Assembly (NCBI GenBank): GCA_963820525.1
Contig: CAWGAA010000001.1
Location: 896,001-960,000, forward strand
Reading direction: 5' to 3'
DNA: 64,000 nucleotides
Origin: an uncultured Spirochaetota bacterium
Lineage (GTDB): Bacteria > Spirochaetota > Spirochaetia > SZUA-6 > Fen-1364
The translations under genes were made by a program, and so were the position numbers. Numbering within the stretch: the stretch's first letter is position 1; every line of letters begins with the position of its first letter. Under the pieces are notes generated by a model that saw only the letters and a list, made by a program, of their open reading frames with translations, had not been told where the DNA came from and did no database searches. Positions 60,604 to 64,000 of the stretch are shown in pieces.

Positions 60604-61521
60604 TTGAGCGGAAGGGTTCGACAACTGGTTTTTCAGGCCCGCAGCGTGTTCAGGGCCGACAATATCAGATCGTTTTTCACCATGAAACGGCTGCCGCCGG
60701 CACGACCTGCACCCACGCAGAGCTTCCCCGGAATGGGGGATATGATCCCAGGACTGGTCAGCATCATCATACCCACAATGAAGAGATCGAAGTTCGAAAG
60801 CTTCGACAGAATGAGCACCCCTCTGCGCACGCTCCGCGACCTTCTGGGGGACATACACTCAAACGTCACGATGCCGTTTGAAGTCATCGTCGTGTGCAAT
60901 GAGACATCCAGTCGTGCGTTCCGCAGATTCATCATGACGAGCAAGCACATACACCGGCACTGCATGAACAGCGAAAATGTCGGCGTTCCCCGCTCATGGA
61001 ATATCGGAGCCCAATTGTCAAAGGGCGAATTGCTGCTGTTTGTGAACGACGATGTCGAGATAGGCGCGGACGCCGTAGAGGCTCTTGCCAGGGAAATCGC
61101 GCGCGATCCCGGGGTTGGCATGGTTGGGCCTGCCGGAACGAAATGGGATGCCAGCGGGCCGGGCGATTATGTCGGAATCACCGCGAGCGAGGAAGCGGAT
61201 GCGATCTCGGGCTGGTGCTTCATGACAACCCGTCACGCGTTCCTTTCTGTCGGCGGATTCGATGTTTCGTACACTCCCGCGCTCATGGAAGAAATCGACT
61301 ACAGCTTCGCGGTACGTGAAAAGGGGTTTGTCTGCCGCGTGCTACCCGGGCTCAATCTCACGCATCACCATGTGTCGGGGGCAAGTAGCACAAACCTTCC
61401 CATCGCCGCCATGGGTATCTCGCTTCTGCGCGAGGATCTTACATCGCGCAATAGAAAGTATTTCAAGAAGAAGTGGAGGAATCTCCGGCCGGATGTCAAA
61501 CCTCCGCATCCTGCAGAATGA
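60604..61521 (+). CDS. GT2 family glycosyltransferase
   Basis: VSIIIPT, NVGVPRSWNIG, LLFVNDD and GGFD..Y...EEIDYS motifs. Confidence 0.85.
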   Translation: MSGRVRQLVFQARSVFRADNIRSFFTMKRLPPARPAPTQSFPGMGDMIPGLVSIIIPTMKRSKFESFDRMSTPLRTLRDLLGDIHSNVTMPFEVIVVCNETSSRAFRRFIMTSKHIHRHCMNSENVGVPRSWNIGAQLSKGELLLFVNDDVEIGADAVEALAREIARDPGVGMVGPAGTKWDASGPGDYVGITASEEADAISGWCFMTTRHAFLSVGGFDVSYTPALMEEIDYSFAVREKGFVCRVLPGLNLTHHHVSGASSTNLPIAAMGISLLREDLTSRNRKYFKKKWRNLRPDVKPPHPAE

Positions 61522-61528
61522 GGCAAGC

Positions 61529-62188
61529 ATGCTCAATCCTTTGCGAAGGTTGATGTCCCTGACGAGATCCGCGGCTCCGCGGTACGGCGCGAGCTTCTTC
61601 AGAGAGGATTGGTTTCGGAATTGGGAGGAATTGAAACATGTGCTGTCGTCATTGCTCCTGGCACGATCCGACTGGCGTCGAATTTTGGATTTTGGCTGCG
61701 GACCGGGCGTCATGATCGACTTCATGAACGATCGAGAAGTCGATTATTGGGGGTACGACCCTTCTGCCGAGGCTCGGGAGTTGTACATGACGCGATACGG
61801 ACGCTACCCTGACAAATATCTGACCGTTCTGCCCGAGAGGCCCTTTGATGTTCTGGTGTCTTTTGACGTTTTCGAGCACATGACTGACGGTCAAATAGCC
61901 GAGATGCTTCGCCGCACGGCTCATATTCCTTTTTTCTTCGTCAACATCAGTCGTGCAGAGGGGATCCCGGGCCACATCAATCTTAAAAGCGACAGCGCAT
62001 GGTGCAAGTTATTCGCCGCTCACGGCCGCGTCTATGACGGGGTTTCGACAACGCAAATGCGGGAGAAATATCGAAGCATTCGTCCCCTGACCCCGGATGA
62101 ATGGAACCGGAACATGTTTGTATTTCATGGCATTGAAGAGAGTTCCCCGCGAGAGAAGCCGCACCGGGATTTCAAAAGGCGTTTTTAA
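61529..62188 (+). CDS. Class I SAM-dependent methyltransferase
   Basis: ILDFGCGPG, GYDPS and SFDVFEH motifs. Confidence 0.85.
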   Translation: MLNPLRRLMSLTRSAAPRYGASFFREDWFRNWEELKHVLSSLLLARSDWRRILDFGCGPGVMIDFMNDREVDYWGYDPSAEARELYMTRYGRYPDKYLTVLPERPFDVLVSFDVFEHMTDGQIAEMLRRTAHIPFFFVNISRAEGIPGHINLKSDSAWCKLFAAHGRVYDGVSTTQMREKYRSIRPLTPDEWNRNMFVFHGIEESSPREKPHRDFKRRF

Positions 62189-62201
62189 CGAAAGGCCTCC
62201 A

Positions 62202-62995
62202 ATGTTTCAGCGGTCACCCGAGAGTTTTCATCTGCAACCGGCCGTCCTTGAAAGAATTTATCCGATCCGGTATCGCCGATTGCCCGGATAACGGATCTCA
62301 TTCCTGAAGGCGCCACCGTTCTCGACATCGGCGCCGGGAACGGCATCCTTGCGCACGGTCTCGCTTTTCGAGGGAGAAAGGCGGTGATTGACGGCGTGGA
62401 GCCGGTCTCCGCCGCCGCCGCCTTGGCAGCGCCGCATTACCGACGGATATACCAGCTAACGATGGAGGAAGCCTTTCCTCACATCGAGCTCGGCGTCTAT
62501 GACGTGGTGGTAATGGCGGATGTGCTCGAGCACATGCCGGATCCCCTGTCAGGTTTGACCCGAGTTGCCAAGGGCATGCGGCAGAACGCGCGTCTGATTG
62601 CCAGCATGCCGAATATCGCATTCGGGGCGATTGCCCTTGAGCTTCTGCGCGGACGTTTTGAATACCGAGACCTTGGTCTCATGGATCGGACTCACGTGAG
62701 GTTTTTCACCCGCGATGGAGTTCTTCAACTCTTTTCGGAGGCCGGCATGCACGTGCAGCTGCTCTGCCACCTTGTTCGCGCGCTTCCCTCAATGGAGATT
62801 CCGGTCCGTCCGGGCCCCCTCTCATGGCTTTTGCTTCCATGGCTCAGCGCGCGCCTGGATTCATCAACCTATCAGCATATCGTCGTGGCGGGCAAGGAGC
62901 CGTCGTCAATGGAAACCCGTGTATACAGGGACGGAAGTCGAACCAAGCGGCTCCGTCAAACCTTGGCCGTCTATTTCCCCTTCCTGCGGCTGTAG
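62202..62995 (+). CDS. Class I SAM-dependent methyltransferase, frameshifted near 62250
   Basis: VLDIGAGNG, ADVLEHMPDP, SMPN and GLMDRTHVRFFT motifs; the ATG at 62202 joins this frame only if one A is added at 'gaaag'. Confidence 0.8.
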
Positions 62996-63031
62996 GGCTG
63001 CGAATGGCGCCACGATGAAAAGGACAAAGGA

Positions 63032-63928
63032 GTGATCCGCACGAAAGGAATCATTCTCGCAGGAGGGTCGGGCACCCGACTCTATCCCGCAACACGAGTT
63101 GTCTGCAAGCAACTGCTCCCCGTGTACGACAAGCCGATGGTCCACTACCCGCTCTCGACCCTCATGCTTGCCGGCGTCCGCGAGATTCTCATCATCTCTA
63201 CGCCCGCGGATCTGCCGCGGTTCCAAGATCTTTTCGGCACGGGCGAGCAGCTCGGGCTTACGTTCTCCTACGCGGTCCAGGAGAGCCCGAGAGGCCTTGC
63301 GGACGCCTTCCGGGTGGGAGCGCGGTTCATCGGCTCCGACAGAGTCTGCCTCGTGCTCGGCGACAATATCTTCTTTGGGCACGGGCTTCCGGAAATGCTT
63401 CGCGATGCCGCCGGGCAGGCGGAGGGGGCAACGGTGTTCGGATATTTCGTGAACGATCCGCAGCGCTACGGGGTCGTGGAGTTCGATCCGTCGTTCAACG
63501 TGCTTTCGATAGAAGAGAAGCCGGCAAAACCCAAATCGAGCTATGCCGTGGTCGGGCTCTACTTCTACGACAACGAAGTGGTTCGCATTGCGCGCGACCT
63601 GAAACCCTCCGCCCGGGGCGAGCTTGAGATCACCGACGTGAATAGGCAGTACCTGGAAATGGGGAAGCTTCGCTGCAAGCTCATGGGGCGCGGGTTTGCG
63701 TGGCTCGATACGGGTACCCATGCTTCTCTTGTCGACGCGACGCTTTTCATCAAGACGATTGAGGATAGGCAGGGACTCAAGGTATCGTGCATCGAGGAAA
63801 TCGCCTACCAGATGGGCTACATCGACGCCGCGCAGCTGCGCAGGCTTGCCGAACCGCTGCGAAGCTCCGGCTACGGGGAGTATCTCCTTCGGATCCTCGA
63901 ACAGACTCCCACGAACTCCGGGGGATGA
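63032..63928 (+). CDS. rfbA: Glucose-1-phosphate thymidylyltransferase
   Basis: [43 protein letters not shown] and AWLDTGT motifs. Confidence 0.96.
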   Translation: MIRTKGIILAGGSGTRLYPATRVVCKQLLPVYDKPMVHYPLSTLMLAGVREILIISTPADLPRFQDLFGTGEQLGLTFSYAVQESPRGLADAFRVGARFIGSDRVCLVLGDNIFFGHGLPEMLRDAAGQAEGATVFGYFVNDPQRYGVVEFDPSFNVLSIEEKPAKPKSSYAVVGLYFYDNEVVRIARDLKPSARGELEITDVNRQYLEMGKLRCKLMGRGFAWLDTGTHASLVDATLFIKTIEDRQGLKVSCIEEIAYQMGYIDAAQLRRLAEPLRSSGYGEYLLRILEQTPTNSGG

Positions 63929-63932
63929 CCGC

Positions 63933-64000
63933 GTGCCATTCGTCTTCACGCCTGCCGGCCTGCCCGGCATCGTTATCGTTCAGCCCCAGGCATTCCTCGA
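63933..64000 (+). CDS. rfbC: Probable dTDP-4-dehydrorhamnose 3,5-epimerase, 5' end only
   Basis: GTG start giving MPFVFTPAGLPGIVIVQPQAFL directly after rfbA. Confidence 0.6.
   Translation, partial: MPFVFTPAGLPGIVIVQPQAFL

Overview
Bacterial window dominated by cell-surface glycan genes. The background is GC-rich and the host is possibly a spirochaete (inferred from lipoprotein signals and gene content, not verified). (1) 1-25.3 kb, minus strand: a Wzx/Wzy-type polysaccharide operon (SLBB export protein, decayed wzz copy, fnlABC for UDP-L-FucNAc, intact wzz, GT4/GT2 enzymes, wzx, a ~900-aa secreted glycosidase-like protein, wzy, wbuB-like GT). Its distal part is AT-rich. It is interrupted at 499-6317 by three nested IS elements: IS1380-family > IS1634-family > IS5-like. 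All terminal inverted repeats and target-site duplications are readable, and the innermost element carries a DUF6788-like passenger gene and a consensus sigma70 promoter. (2) 25.8-50.7 kb: MarR/TolC/heterodimeric ABC/EmrA-type efflux operon, membrane LuxR + CPBP protease pair, flavodoxin-ferredoxin, serine hydrolase lipoprotein, degenerate GH27, aldo-keto reductase, DUF72, a GtrA/GtrB/2x GT-C glycosylation module, a large CoA-activase fusion, a KdpE remnant and a beta-helix lipoprotein. (3) 51-64 kb: a second, Wzm/Wzt-type glycan locus (wHTH regulator, ugd, wzm, wzt, GT4-FkbM fusion, GT8/GT4/GT2, methyltransferases, rfbA, rfbC start). Several single-base frameshifts lie in homopolymers and may be assembly errors. 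No rRNA, tRNA or CRISPR array was seen. All protein assignments come from motif recognition, not database searches.
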